Shown here one piece after another: positions 45,907 through 55,207 of a DNA stretch of 64,000 nt. The notes under the pieces are model-generated. The model did not search any database, was not told the DNA's origin, and saw only the letters and a list, made by a program, of their open reading frames with translations. The translations under genes were made by a program, and so were the position numbers. Where the stretch lies: IMG/VR virus record IMGVR_UViG_3300033121_001571. One strand, written 5' to 3'. The stretch's first letter is position 1. Every line of letters begins with the position of its first letter. The DNA is from a virus. Taxonomy: Duplodnaviria > Caudoviricetes.

Positions 45907-46182
45907 ATGGATTTAGCACCTGGCGCTGCGCCTTTGGTTGGTGATATACTGTTGCACTATGGAACAGTAGAAATTCGCGTAGTGACCAAGTCAACTTTTT
46001 TACACATCTCTAGTGAACACTTTGTTTTCAACTTGAAGTGCTTCTCTCTAGACGAAAATAGAGATCACTATCTCAGATTTATTTTCCATCCCGAGTTTAC
46101 CGATCGCCGACCGTCACGCTCAAACGCAATTTGGAGAGTTTATTTTAGTCATGGTGATGCTTTCCCATACAGTAAAACTTAA
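45907..46182 (+). CDS. xGD-family small protein, leaderless
   Basis: LVGDILL; promoter at 45872. Confidence 0.75.
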   Translation: MDLAPGAAPLVGDILLHYGTVEIRVVTKSTFLHISSEHFVFNLKCFSLDENRDHYLRFIFHPEFTDRRPSRSNAIWRVYFSHGDAFPYSKT

Positions 46183-46185
46183 AAC

Positions 46186-46539
46186 ATGAAACAAGTAGAC
46201 ATCGATCTGCTGAAACCCGGGAAGATCATCATTTATTCTAGCGCTTATGAAACATCATGGATGACTGCAATGTACGCTATTGTGGTTGATTGTGTATATG
46301 ATGAATCACTAATATATGACCAATATATCAAGATGAAAAAACTCAAACAAGAACAGTGTATTATTGAGTTCATAGTCATCTGTGCAACTGAACAACGACT
46401 CTCAACAAGAACAATACCCCCTTTTAAACACTTCAAAGTGTCATTCCGTCTGTCTGAATCAGACACCAAAGGCAGGGATATCTTTAAGTTAGACTACACG
46501 AAAATCTCCAGATACATTAACAGAAATCCATTCTTATAA
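46186..46539 (+). CDS. xGD-family protein
   Basis: LKPGKIII. Confidence 0.7.
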   Translation: MKQVDIDLLKPGKIIIYSSAYETSWMTAMYAIVVDCVYDESLIYDQYIKMKKLKQEQCIIEFIVICATEQRLSTRTIPPFKHFKVSFRLSESDTKGRDIFKLDYTKISRYINRNPFL

Positions 46540-46763
46540 TGTACAAAATCGTCAAAACTGGAGATCTGTTTAATCCCGATGGTCCTTTAAAGGGATTAGT
46601 GCTAAACATCAAATTTCTCCACGCCCGGTGGGTCCCACGGGGAATTACTGGTCCTAGTTTTTACGATGAAACAGAGTACACGTATGAACTTCTAATCTTT
46701 TGGTTTCACAACAAAACAACGTGCACGTGCAACTATTACTGCAACACACCACTTAAGTGTTAA
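46539..46763 (+). CDS. xGD-family small protein
   Basis: VKTGDLF, GLVL. Confidence 0.7.
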   Translation: MYKIVKTGDLFNPDGPLKGLVLNIKFLHARWVPRGITGPSFYDETEYTYELLIFWFHNKTTCTCNYYCNTPLKC

Positions 46764-47050
46764 TCAAAGAGACATCTTTGACAACACAAACAAAACAAGG
46801 GGAATCCAACCTCAAGTTAGGTGAAATTATCTATTTTTTGCGTCACGGAAACGTAAAAGAAATCTTATTTGTTCTGTCGATAAAACAGAACAACAACTTC
46901 AACTTTTTAAAAGTGCACGAAGTGATCTGTTACAACGTTTCTAAAAAGAAACAATGCACTTACAACATCACTATCTACTCAAGTTGGGGAAAACCTTTCT
47001 TCACGCTCACAGAAGGTATCAAATTGTTTGATTCTTCAAGCGTATGGTGA
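46757..47050 (+). CDS. xGD-family small protein
   Basis: LKLGEIIY. Confidence 0.65.
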   Translation: MLIKETSLTTQTKQGESNLKLGEIIYFLRHGNVKEILFVLSIKQNNNFNFLKVHEVICYNVSKKKQCTYNITIYSSWGKPFFTLTEGIKLFDSSSVW

Positions 47051-47142
47051 GCTGAGAACAAGAACACTGCATGAAGTGAATTCTGCTCTGCAACTTGGTA
47101 AGATAGCCATATTCTGCTACGAGTGTACAGAAAGAGAGTGCC

Positions 47143-47442
47143 GTGAGAACAGATCTGTTGCCCGGTGATCTTATCATGATAGAAGATTCCGTTGGTACTG
47201 GAACGACGCCGGCAATTGTGTTTAGCATCAGTGGTCTATTGAGATCTTATCATGAATTTTCTTGGCCGCGCCTAAGAAACGCGCCTCTACCAAACGTCTA
47301 CAACGTCAAGTGTTTTCACGTACAAAAACAGAAGTATTTTACCTTAGAAGTGTATCCTGACTATCTTCTTTGTGAAGACAGTCCAGGAGAGTTTCGGCTG
47401 CCCGCGAGTGCGATCCACCACAGAGAGGAGCTAGAACAGTGA
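47143..47442 (+). CDS. xGD-family small protein
   Basis: LLPGDLIM. Confidence 0.7.
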   Translation: MRTDLLPGDLIMIEDSVGTGTTPAIVFSISGLLRSYHEFSWPRLRNAPLPNVYNVKCFHVQKQKYFTLEVYPDYLLCEDSPGEFRLPASAIHHREELEQ

Positions 47443-47726
47443 AAAACGACAAAAACAAGAACGTTGGTCAAATCATCGTTGCAGAAAATGTCAATTCACT
47501 AGTTCTCAAGATCGGTAAAAAGTACATTCCTTTGTGGGGTCGTTACGATCGCTTCAAGCGAACAACTCTTTCAAGACACACGAGGCCAGTAGTCAAACTT
47601 AAGTTGCTGAACCTAGACGCAAATCCTTCAAAAGAATATGTGATTGAAGCGTACCATGATTTTCAGTTTCTGTGGGAAAAGGGAAAATTAGTTCTGCCAG
47701 ATGAATACATTTACAATATTCCCTGA
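47439..47726 (+). CDS. xGD-family small protein
   Basis: NVGQIIV. Confidence 0.7.
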   Translation: MKNDKNKNVGQIIVAENVNSLVLKIGKKYIPLWGRYDRFKRTTLSRHTRPVVKLKLLNLDANPSKEYVIEAYHDFQFLWEKGKLVLPDEYIYNIP

Positions 47727-47740
47727 TCAGAGTTTATGTA

Positions 47741-48091
47741 ATGAATTTCCCTCCCAAAGCACTCGTCCAAGTTGGCGACCTTGCCAAGATAGACTGTTGG
47801 CACCACTACAATTTTCGAACTCACGCAGTTGTTCTTGAGATCTTGTATCGAGGTATCACATACCCACGCGAAATACACGCTTGGAACGTAGTGTCTTGCA
47901 GCGTTGAAGAACGTGACATGTTTGTGATCACAACGCAGCACACTCATTTTCAAAAAGAAATAACTGACAACGTGTGGTTGTTTTCTGACAACAACATGTC
48001 CACGCTGTCGGTCGTTCCGCTGGCACGTTACAAATTTGGTAAAGATCCTTACAGAGACCGAGTGCTACACTACAACGCAGAAATACTCTAA
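47741..48091 (+). CDS. xGD-family protein
   Basis: VQVGDLAK. Confidence 0.7.
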   Translation: MNFPPKALVQVGDLAKIDCWHHYNFRTHAVVLEILYRGITYPREIHAWNVVSCSVEERDMFVITTQHTHFQKEITDNVWLFSDNNMSTLSVVPLARYKFGKDPYRDRVLHYNAEIL

Positions 48092-48409
48092 GTGTATAAA
48101 GAAATACTTGATCTTCAATCTGGTGAATTCTTACTGCTCTTTGACAGTTGGAGCAACACGCTCTACTACACACTAGTGATCGATCTAAACGAACCGACTG
48201 AAGATTACTGGGCACAGGTACGGAGATCTAGGCGCACTCGCCCAATTGAGAGACTACCAGAAGACAATGTCATCGTGTTGCGCTTGTACAGTTTTCTCCA
48301 CAAGAGCGTGGGGACAGTGGGCGTATTTGACAATTGCGGAGTGCTATCAGACGGAAAGTTTGCAAGACTGTTTAGCACAGACATCCACTACAACTCATTT
48401 GGAGTGTAA
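48092..48409 (+). CDS. xGD-family protein
   Basis: LQSGEFLL, IHYNSF. Confidence 0.65.
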   Translation: MYKEILDLQSGEFLLLFDSWSNTLYYTLVIDLNEPTEDYWAQVRRSRRTRPIERLPEDNVIVLRLYSFLHKSVGTVGVFDNCGVLSDGKFARLFSTDIHYNSFGV

Positions 48410-48411
48410 AG

Positions 48412-48744
48412 ATGCTCGATGTCATTGACAAGAAACTCAACCAAGGAGACATCGTTGGTTTCAAACTGTTTGAATATGTCACTCACAGAGGCATCCCAAA
48501 GCGTGAAGTCTTAAGATCTCTAGTGTTGTACATAGAAGAGTGTCCTGTTGGTCTCAAACTAGTCATTGATGGAGAAGAAGATCAAGTGCGAATCCACCTA
48601 TGCAGTCTAGATCCTAGTCGACGTAAGAAATTCTTCCTTGAAGTCAAAAAAGAATACAAGCTCATTCACAAGAACGGTGAACTAACGCTTCCAAACAAGC
48701 ACATCTACTACAACTCTTTCTTTTCAGACAGACGACGTGAATGA
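48412..48744 (+). CDS. xGD-family protein
   Basis: LNQGDIVG, IYYNSF. Confidence 0.7.
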   Translation: MLDVIDKKLNQGDIVGFKLFEYVTHRGIPKREVLRSLVLYIEECPVGLKLVIDGEEDQVRIHLCSLDPSRRKKFFLEVKKEYKLIHKNGELTLPNKHIYYNSFFSDRRRE

Positions 48745-49055
48745 TAAAGAAACTCCTTCCAGGTGATCTGGTCATAATTGACAGCCGCAGCACAGCGTTA
48801 ACTGATTTACGCTGCACTGCTCTTGTTATTCACGTGACAACTGAAGTCTCAAATACTCATTTTATGAGAGACACAATCTACTGCTATGGTCTAGACGGTC
48901 ACAAGGTAGTGTTTTCACAGCACCCTGGAACGTACGTTCCTAGTTCTAAGAATCCTGATCTCAGACCAGTTCGTCCAAACAAGTCAGAGATCTGCAAGTT
49001 CTTTGTTGAAAATTTAGCAACGTTCTATAAAACGACACACTGCGACAATGCGTGA
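48741..49055 (+). CDS. xGD-family protein
   Basis: LLPGDLVI. Confidence 0.7.
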   Translation: MIKKLLPGDLVIIDSRSTALTDLRCTALVIHVTTEVSNTHFMRDTIYCYGLDGHKVVFSQHPGTYVPSSKNPDLRPVRPNKSEICKFFVENLATFYKTTHCDNA

Positions 49056-49350
49056 AGACGTGTTAAACTCTGGAGCTTTGGTCTGGATCGAAACTTATTA
49101 CCCCACACACACAGATGTTCTAGCGGTTGTTCTTAAAGTTGACACCGACGTGCAGTTCAGCGTCGGTCACTTGGGCAAAATCACGCAGTGGCAACACGGA
49201 GCAGGCGCTGCTGCATTGACCGTGCTCTGTGTCAAAGAGAACACAACAAAACAAATGATATGTTACTTAGATGACATCACCGAAGGGCGACGCAATCTTA
49301 TTGCGTATGGTTTGCATGAGAAATCTTCGTCTTTGATTCAGAGAATCTGA
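49048..49350 (+). CDS. xGD-family protein
   Basis: LNSGALVW. Confidence 0.7.
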   Translation: MREDVLNSGALVWIETYYPTHTDVLAVVLKVDTDVQFSVGHLGKITQWQHGAGAAALTVLCVKENTTKQMICYLDDITEGRRNLIAYGLHEKSSSLIQRI

Positions 49351-49655
49351 TGCTGATCCCAGGATCACTGATCATTACAGACGTAGAGTACTATCGCATT
49401 AACAACGAACCCACTCTTGTCTTAGCGCTAGATGATGCACCTGAAGTGCTAAAACCTGGCATGTCGAAATTGGGAGATCATCTCGCTAACAACAAGCGGT
49501 GGCAGTACTCTAATCTCATCACAGTTACGCTGTACTTTCTGTACGACAGAGAGACATTCAAGCTCACAGTACTAAAGTCAATAGAACACAACCGCGTAGA
49601 CAAAATTTCAGCTTATTTGTTTGACGGACGCTACGTTCTTCGATACGAGAGTTAA
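49350..49655 (+). CDS. xGD-family protein
   Basis: LIPGSLII, NLITVTLY. Confidence 0.7.
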   Translation: MLIPGSLIITDVEYYRINNEPTLVLALDDAPEVLKPGMSKLGDHLANNKRWQYSNLITVTLYFLYDRETFKLTVLKSIEHNRVDKISAYLFDGRYVLRYES

Positions 49656-49670
49656 AATCTTGAGTGAGTC

Positions 49671-49955
49671 ATGCTTAAACTCGGTGATTTGGTCAAGATA
49701 GACAATATCGGTCTGAAAGAAGAAGCACTTGTCTTAGCATTGGGCACGGTGCCAGAAAGATTAAAACCATTTGTCTCAAACATCAATTACAGTGAGTGTT
49801 GGCACTTTCCTAACCTCATAACTGCGACACTGTATTGTCTGAACAGCACGAGGACTATCAAGTTGATAGTTAAAAAAACGTTCTTCCCGTACCGTGAAGA
49901 CCCTAACGCGATCGTTCTAGATCACTATAACATTCTGCAGGAGTACGAAGAGTGA
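49671..49955 (+). CDS. xGD-family protein
   Basis: LKLGDLVKI, NLITATLY. Confidence 0.75.
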   Translation: MLKLGDLVKIDNIGLKEEALVLALGTVPERLKPFVSNINYSECWHFPNLITATLYCLNSTRTIKLIVKKTFFPYREDPNAIVLDHYNILQEYEE

Positions 49956-49974
49956 AGAAGGTTGTGGGTGACTC

Positions 49975-50215
49975 ATGCTTAAAACCAGGTGACTTGGTCA
50001 AGATACACAACCTCTTCATAAAAGACACTGCAGTTATCATAGCGTTAAATGACAATGCGCCGAGCGAAACAGTGATATTGAAGTTGTACTGTTTAAATGC
50101 AATGATGAATGCCAGCGTGACAGTAAAACGATCGTCCGCTGCGCGAAGAGACGACAGTGTGATCTTTCTCGCGAGCTCTGACATTCTGACAACAATGTAC
50201 TCATGGTCGCTATAG
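49975..50215 (+). CDS. xGD-family small protein (start uncertain)
   Basis: LKPGDLVKI. Confidence 0.65.
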
Positions 50216-50937
50216 CGCTCTGGGGAAGTACGAAGAGTGAAGATACACATTTCGCGAGCTCGAACGCGAGAAATTTTGACTCTTTGAGACTCAACTCTCT
50301 CTGAGTGCTCTCTGTGCAGTTCTAAGCTAGAAGTATAAGCATTTGCTGCTAGTCGAACACTGTGTTCTGCAGTCTTTCTTGACCCAATTGCACACAGATG
50401 TTCAGGAGTGCAAATCTATGCGGAAGTATACCCTTGCACCGCGGTCGAACGCTGAAAATCGACAGCTCTCGAGACACAATTCAACACAGATGCATCTCGT
50501 TGCAATAATGAGCAGAAGTATTAGCTTTTGCTGCTAGTCGAACACTGTGTTGCGCTGTCTCTAAGCACTCAAAGCAGCACAGACGCTCTTGAGAACAAGT
50601 TGTGTCTAAAGTATAAGCTTTTGCTGCTAGCAGAGTCGCTGTGCACTACGCGCAGCACTCGACACTGAGTCGCGCTGAGTTTGTTGACAAAGTATTTTCA
50701 ATTTATTTTCAGTCAAAAAGTATTTTGAATTTATTTTCAGTTGAGTGCACTTTTTTTGCGAAAAGCAGTCCCCTCATCCATACTTAAATTGTGACACTCT
50801 CTGGTGCGCTCTCTCACAAACATATCAGAGCACACAGACGTTATCTAGACCAAATCAAATCATAAACTCCCCCTCGAGTGCACAGAGAGACTCCCCTTCT
50901 GTGCGCTGAGTCACTAGCTAAGTATCCACTCACTCAA
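50216..50937. repeat. Repeat-rich non-coding locus
   Basis: aagtat(a/t)agc(a/t)tttgctgctag x3 (~50331, 50516, 50609); aaagtattt(t)..aatttattttcagt x2 (~50689, 50718). Confidence 0.8.
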
Positions 50938-50971
50938 GTGAATTGTTCGCTCTTCTGTGGTATGTTGTCTC

Positions 50972-51265
50972 ATGTGGACTTCCGAACTCCTGAGACCGGG
51001 CGACATCATCGTTCACAAGTCAGAAATTGTCATGATCTGGGAGATCGTTGAGACAGATCGTACAAGCAACGTCACCAAACAGACATGCACGATCTGTTCA
51101 CTCACTGGTTACTCCAACCTTCACTGTTTTTTTACCACGAAGTTCATCGATTTTCGGTACACGCCAGACTTTCTCCCGTCTGAAGTGGAACTCCACTCTA
51201 TCAAAGAGGGATCTAGAGTCTTTGTGGTTGGAGTCTATGTTGACGGAGCCATTGTACATGACTGA
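50972..51265 (+). CDS. xGD-family protein (EGSR subfamily), leaderless
   Basis: MWTSELLRPGDII, KEGSRVF; promoter at 50938. Confidence 0.75.
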   Translation: MWTSELLRPGDIIVHKSEIVMIWEIVETDRTSNVTKQTCTICSLTGYSNLHCFFTTKFIDFRYTPDFLPSEVELHSIKEGSRVFVVGVYVDGAIVHD

Positions 51266-51273
51266 GGCGCGAG

Positions 51274-51561
51274 ATGTGGACTTCTGAACCTTTTAGACCG
51301 GGTGACTTGATCTTCAAAGACGGTTTTTTTGTTGTTATGGTCTTGAAGATCGATAGAACAGAGCTCGCAGACAGACTTAACTTGTCGTACGTGCAAGAGT
51401 GCAGGCTACAACTTCTCACCGGAAGACACGTTCCTGAGATCTCCACGCAAAAGTGTGTTTGTTTTTTGTACTCTCCCCGGTTGCTTGATTGTGAAGCTGA
51501 TATCACGATCCTCCAAGAGGGATCTCGGATCTTTAAGTCCAACTGGAACATAGCGTTTTGA
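51274..51561 (+). CDS. xGD-family protein (EGSR subfamily)
   Basis: MWTSEPFRPGDLI, QEGSRIF. Confidence 0.75.
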   Translation: MWTSEPFRPGDLIFKDGFFVVMVLKIDRTELADRLNLSYVQECRLQLLTGRHVPEISTQKCVCFLYSPRLLDCEADITILQEGSRIFKSNWNIAF

Positions 51562-51576
51562 GAAGGAGTTAAAACA

Positions 51577-51921
51577 GTGTGGATCACAGAGCCTGCAAGA
51601 GCAAGAGACATTCTGATCAGTGACCAAGTGGATCACGACAGCTATTTCTTTCTCGCCATAGTCTTGAGTGTTGTCCGCGCGGAACTCATGGATAACATCG
51701 CTCTGTACAGACAAGTCTGCAGAGTGCAGGTGTTTGTTCCTGTCTTGAAAGATCATTTATTTCTCCCCGAAAAACTCACGCTCAACGAGTATGTCTGTCA
51801 CATGTGGTACACAGAAGACCCTTCACAGAGAGACAACGTTCGTCACCTTAAACACTTCTATCCGATCTCTGAGACTAAAGAGGGATCTCGGATCTTTAAG
51901 CTCAAGAAACACGGGTCCTGA
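51577..51921 (+). CDS. xGD-family protein (EGSR subfamily)
   Basis: MWITEP, KEGSRIF. Confidence 0.75.
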   Translation: MWITEPARARDILISDQVDHDSYFFLAIVLSVVRAELMDNIALYRQVCRVQVFVPVLKDHLFLPEKLTLNEYVCHMWYTEDPSQRDNVRHLKHFYPISETKEGSRIFKLKKHGS

Positions 51922-51936
51922 ACGAGAGAGCAGACA

Positions 51937-52329
51937 GTGTTTGCCCTAGATGAACTCAAAGTCGGAGATGTTCTTGTTTTTTCCCAGCGCGAGAGAGAGC
52001 AGGAGACTCTGCGATCATCCGAGATCCCACAGTCCTGTGTGACTGTGATCTTGAAGATCGTCAGCGCAGAGAGAATCTCATTTCACATGGTGAAACAAAA
52101 GTGCATGCTGCAGATGTTATCCTCTGTCGGAGAATCTGGATCGATCATTTACTTGCCAGATCTCTCGAATCGAACTTTGTCGCCCAGGAACGAATTTTAT
52201 GCTAATTTTGTGTATTACCTCCCAGAGTATTTCACCCTCAGCCCAGAGTTGAGATCACAGATCAAACAATATGTTCATCTCCAGCCCGCGGCTGAGGGAT
52301 CTCGGATCTTTGTCGCAACAAAAAGATGA
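51937..52329 (+). CDS. xGD-family protein (EGSR subfamily)
   Basis: LKVGDVLV, AEGSRIF. Confidence 0.75.
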   Translation: MFALDELKVGDVLVFSQREREQETLRSSEIPQSCVTVILKIVSAERISFHMVKQKCMLQMLSSVGESGSIIYLPDLSNRTLSPRNEFYANFVYYLPEYFTLSPELRSQIKQYVHLQPAAEGSRIFVATKR

Positions 52330-52589
52330 AGAAGACCAGATTGACCCCCGGTGATTTGGTTGTTCTCACGCTTCCTGGAGCCTCATTTATGAGCGGAATC
52401 GCTATCGTCTTGTCCGCAGGCGAACTGTGCACCTTCCGAGGACGTTCTATGATGCAGCAGTGCAAGCTGTTTGTCTTTGAGAAGAACTGTTACGAGTTCA
52501 AGGTCTACTCTCTGTCAGACACTGTCTATCTGCGCCCCCGTGAGCTCGCCGTCGTAGACAACAAGATCTTTAAAATCAAGTTCACATGA
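52326..52589 (+). CDS. xGD-family small protein
   Basis: LTPGDLVV. Confidence 0.75.
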   Translation: MKKTRLTPGDLVVLTLPGASFMSGIAIVLSAGELCTFRGRSMMQQCKLFVFEKNCYEFKVYSLSDTVYLRPRELAVVDNKIFKIKFT

Positions 52590-52864
52590 GACCCACAAGA
52601 CAACACAAAGATCTCTGTCTTGGTGACATTCTGATTGCTGCGAACATTTCGTACCTTATCATTGAAGTCAAAAAGACATGGATTCCTTCTCGTCCCGAGT
52701 GGACGGGTGTTAAAGGAATGATCATCGTGTCTTCATCCAACGTTCCAGAGTTATCAGTCCTTGCAACAAGGACCATGACTATCGCACCGCAAGACCTAAC
52801 CTTTGAAGCTAAAGACGGAATGTACAAGATCTGGCTCTTGAGACCAAATTACAAACAGAGATGA
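52586..52864 (+). CDS. xGD-family small protein
   Basis: LCLGDILI. Confidence 0.7.
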   Translation: MRPTRQHKDLCLGDILIAANISYLIIEVKKTWIPSRPEWTGVKGMIIVSSSNVPELSVLATRTMTIAPQDLTFEAKDGMYKIWLLRPNYKQR

Positions 52865-53172
52865 AACACGAACTTGCTCCCGGCGACATCATAATCTATG
52901 TTTACAATCGAACTTACCCAGTTCAGGTTGCAGTTGTCACAAACATCACTGTGCCTGACTTTCCAAATTTGCACAATCACAAAAGTGCTATGGTGCAAGT
53001 TCTGCTTGCGTGCAAGTTAAATGACATGCCCAAAGACAGCGAATGGAATCTAGAAAACAACAGTTATCCAACAGTGAGAAAGTATGTCTTCCCGCTAGAG
53101 TGTCTAGAGTTAAAGTTTATCTTTAAACGCACGAAGATCTTCTTCTATGACCCGGAGTATTACAAAAAGTGA
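52861..53172 (+). CDS. xGD-family protein
   Basis: LAPGDIII, KIFFY. Confidence 0.75.
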   Translation: MKHELAPGDIIIYVYNRTYPVQVAVVTNITVPDFPNLHNHKSAMVQVLLACKLNDMPKDSEWNLENNSYPTVRKYVFPLECLELKFIFKRTKIFFYDPEYYKK

Positions 53173-53447
53173 TCTCTAGACTGATAAACCCAGGTGATTT
53201 AATCGTGGAAAGTTATGATAACGTACATCCAGTGCGCGTACTGTTAGTTCTAAACGTAGAATTCACTTTAGGTGGGTACGTGTACATACAATATTTGTTT
53301 CTCTACTCACTTTTCTCTAGTTCTAAATTCAGTTATTCCACGCCTCGAGGTCCTGTTCAGGATACCTTTGTAGTAAGCAATTTGACGTGTAAGACACTGA
53401 CGAAACAACAAAAGATCTTCTTCTATAGCATAGAGGTACTAAAGTGA
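53169..53447 (+). CDS. xGD-family small protein
   Basis: INPGDLIV, KIFFY. Confidence 0.75.
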   Translation: MISRLINPGDLIVESYDNVHPVRVLLVLNVEFTLGGYVYIQYLFLYSLFSSSKFSYSTPRGPVQDTFVVSNLTCKTLTKQQKIFFYSIEVLK

Positions 53448-53686
53448 TCTCTCCGGGAAACATAGTTCTGTTTCAGTATTCTAATAACTACGATCCAAGA
53501 TCTGTGATAGAGCAAATTGGTGTTGTCATACGTGTATATGGTGATACTACCGCGTGGTATTTTAAGGCTAAATTGTTAGTCGTTGAGTGGAAAAGTGACC
53601 GCAAACACGTTAAAGAGTGTTATTTGTTGTACAACTCGTTAGCCACCACATATCCCAATGTATTCACGTATTACGCAGAAAGATAG
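53444..53686 (+). CDS. xGD-family small protein
   Basis: ISPGNIVL. Confidence 0.7.
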   Translation: MISPGNIVLFQYSNNYDPRSVIEQIGVVIRVYGDTTAWYFKAKLLVVEWKSDRKHVKECYLLYNSLATTYPNVFTYYAER

Positions 53687-53691
53687 TTTAC

Positions 53692-53958
53692 ATGGAACAC
53701 AACACAGTGCGTCCAGGTGACATCATCTTTTTCCACCGACGATATACATACTCGCATCGTCCAAACAGTCACGTGTACACATTATTTATCAATAAAGTCG
53801 TTTTAGCTGAAACCTACGATTATTATCGTATCGTCGCAGTGTGTGTTTGGTCATCTTATCCAAATCTTTTGGATAAAGTCTTTAGTGATCTTTACGTCAA
53901 AATTGCTTGGATCGAGTGCATAAATGCCACAGAAAGAATCTTCAAATACACCACATGA
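53692..53958 (+). CDS. xGD-family small protein
   Basis: MEHNTVRPGDIIF. Confidence 0.7.
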   Translation: MEHNTVRPGDIIFFHRRYTYSHRPNSHVYTLFINKVVLAETYDYYRIVAVCVWSSYPNLLDKVFSDLYVKIAWIECINATERIFKYTT

Positions 53959-54245
53959 TCAAAGTTAACATTGAACCGGGTGACATCATATTGTGTATGA
54001 ATCGTTACAGTCACTTCTCTTTTAAGAGAAAGCTTCTTCTTAAAAACATTGATAGCGTGTATTTCGTTAAAAAAATTCTAAGGAACGAAGAACATAACCG
54101 CGTTGTGGATGTAGAAGTGATGATTCTTTGGGAAAGATTTAACAGTGTTGATCGGTTCAAAAGACCAACGCACAGAGCAAGTTTCTACTTGCCTTGGACT
54201 ATACGTCTTTACAACGACAAAAGAATCTTCGCTTTCAACCCGTGA
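53955..54245 (+). CDS. xGD-family small protein
   Basis: MIKVNIEPGDIIL. Confidence 0.7.
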   Translation: MIKVNIEPGDIILCMNRYSHFSFKRKLLLKNIDSVYFVKKILRNEEHNRVVDVEVMILWERFNSVDRFKRPTHRASFYLPWTIRLYNDKRIFAFNP

Positions 54246-54508
54246 AAGATAACAGCTTAAAACCCAATGATATTATTGTCGATTTCTACATGGGTGAAAT
54301 TGTCTCAATCTTCATTCTCTTGACACTTCGTAACGAATTTCGTACTTCGTCACTGTGGCAGATTCAATCACTGTATGATTCTGATACAGTAGCTTCGCGT
54401 TACTTTTATTTTGAGGAATGTAAACTTGTTTACATGTTTAACAATGAGTTCAAGATAAGTGGTAAAAAAGCTCACAGAAGAATAGTCTTCTACTTTGGAA
54501 CACAGTGA
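54242..54508 (+). CDS. xGD-family small protein
   Basis: LKPNDIIV. Confidence 0.65.
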   Translation: MKDNSLKPNDIIVDFYMGEIVSIFILLTLRNEFRTSSLWQIQSLYDSDTVASRYFYFEECKLVYMFNNEFKISGKKAHRRIVFYFGTQ

Positions 54509-54902
54509 ATAACAAACTCACGATCAGATCTGGCGACATCGTTGTGTTTACAGCGGCTAAAGCTGGTGATGTCGTCGGATGTGGGCTTGTTTTGTGCAAG
54601 CGCACCGGGGCGGTCTTCACCGTTGGGAACTCTGAGTTCCGTTTCGTGTGGACGTCCTGCGTGCGCTTGCACAAAACGGAACCGTGGGTTACGTTTTGTG
54701 CTCTTATAACGTTAGTGTAAAACCCATCAAAATCTTGAGCACTTACCTCCTCTGGCAAACAGAAGCTGAATGTTTGGACAAAGAACGTTGGTTTTACGCA
54801 GCACCGATGGTTGTAATACCAGTATTTTGTTCTCGCCTCAAAGTGATGAGATACCACAAAAATTCTGATCTTTCAAAGATTTTCTTGTACACTTTTCGTT
54901 AA
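54505..54902 (+). pseudogene. xGD-family gene split by a 104-bp insertion
   Basis: Deleting between the gttttgtgc repeats (54589, 54693) joins ...GCGLVLC to SYNVSVKPIK... in frame. Confidence 0.8.
54589..54701. mobile_element. Second, permuted copy of the palindromic insertion element
   Basis: Contains ttttgtgcaagcgcacc(g)gggcggt and gtgcgcttgcacaaaacggaaccgtgggtt, matching the reverse complement of the 31.9 kb element. Confidence 0.8.
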
Positions 54903-54910
54903 ACTTCTCA

Positions 54911-55201
54911 ATGTCTAAACTCAAACCAGGAGATGTTGTCATATACAGCATCGGACTACCAACAGAAACAATCGAGAGTCTGTTAAAAACAGACGCTGTC
55001 AGTGCTGTGGTTATTATCTTGTCAGAGATAAAAGACCATTGTAACAAAATAAGACGCACTAACGATTCACAGTGCGTAAGAACACAGACTTTGTGGGATT
55101 CAACTAAATGGAAGTTTCCTCATTGTACAGGAGAAGCACACTTATTGCTAGATAATCTCATTAGATTAGAAGAAAAGCTGTTCTTGTTGTGCATTTTTTG
55201 A
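54911..55201 (+). CDS. xGD-family small protein
   Basis: LKPGDVVI. Confidence 0.75.
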   Translation: MSKLKPGDVVIYSIGLPTETIESLLKTDAVSAVVIILSEIKDHCNKIRRTNDSQCVRTQTLWDSTKWKFPHCTGEAHLLLDNLIRLEEKLFLLCIF

Positions 55202-55207
55202 AGCAAA

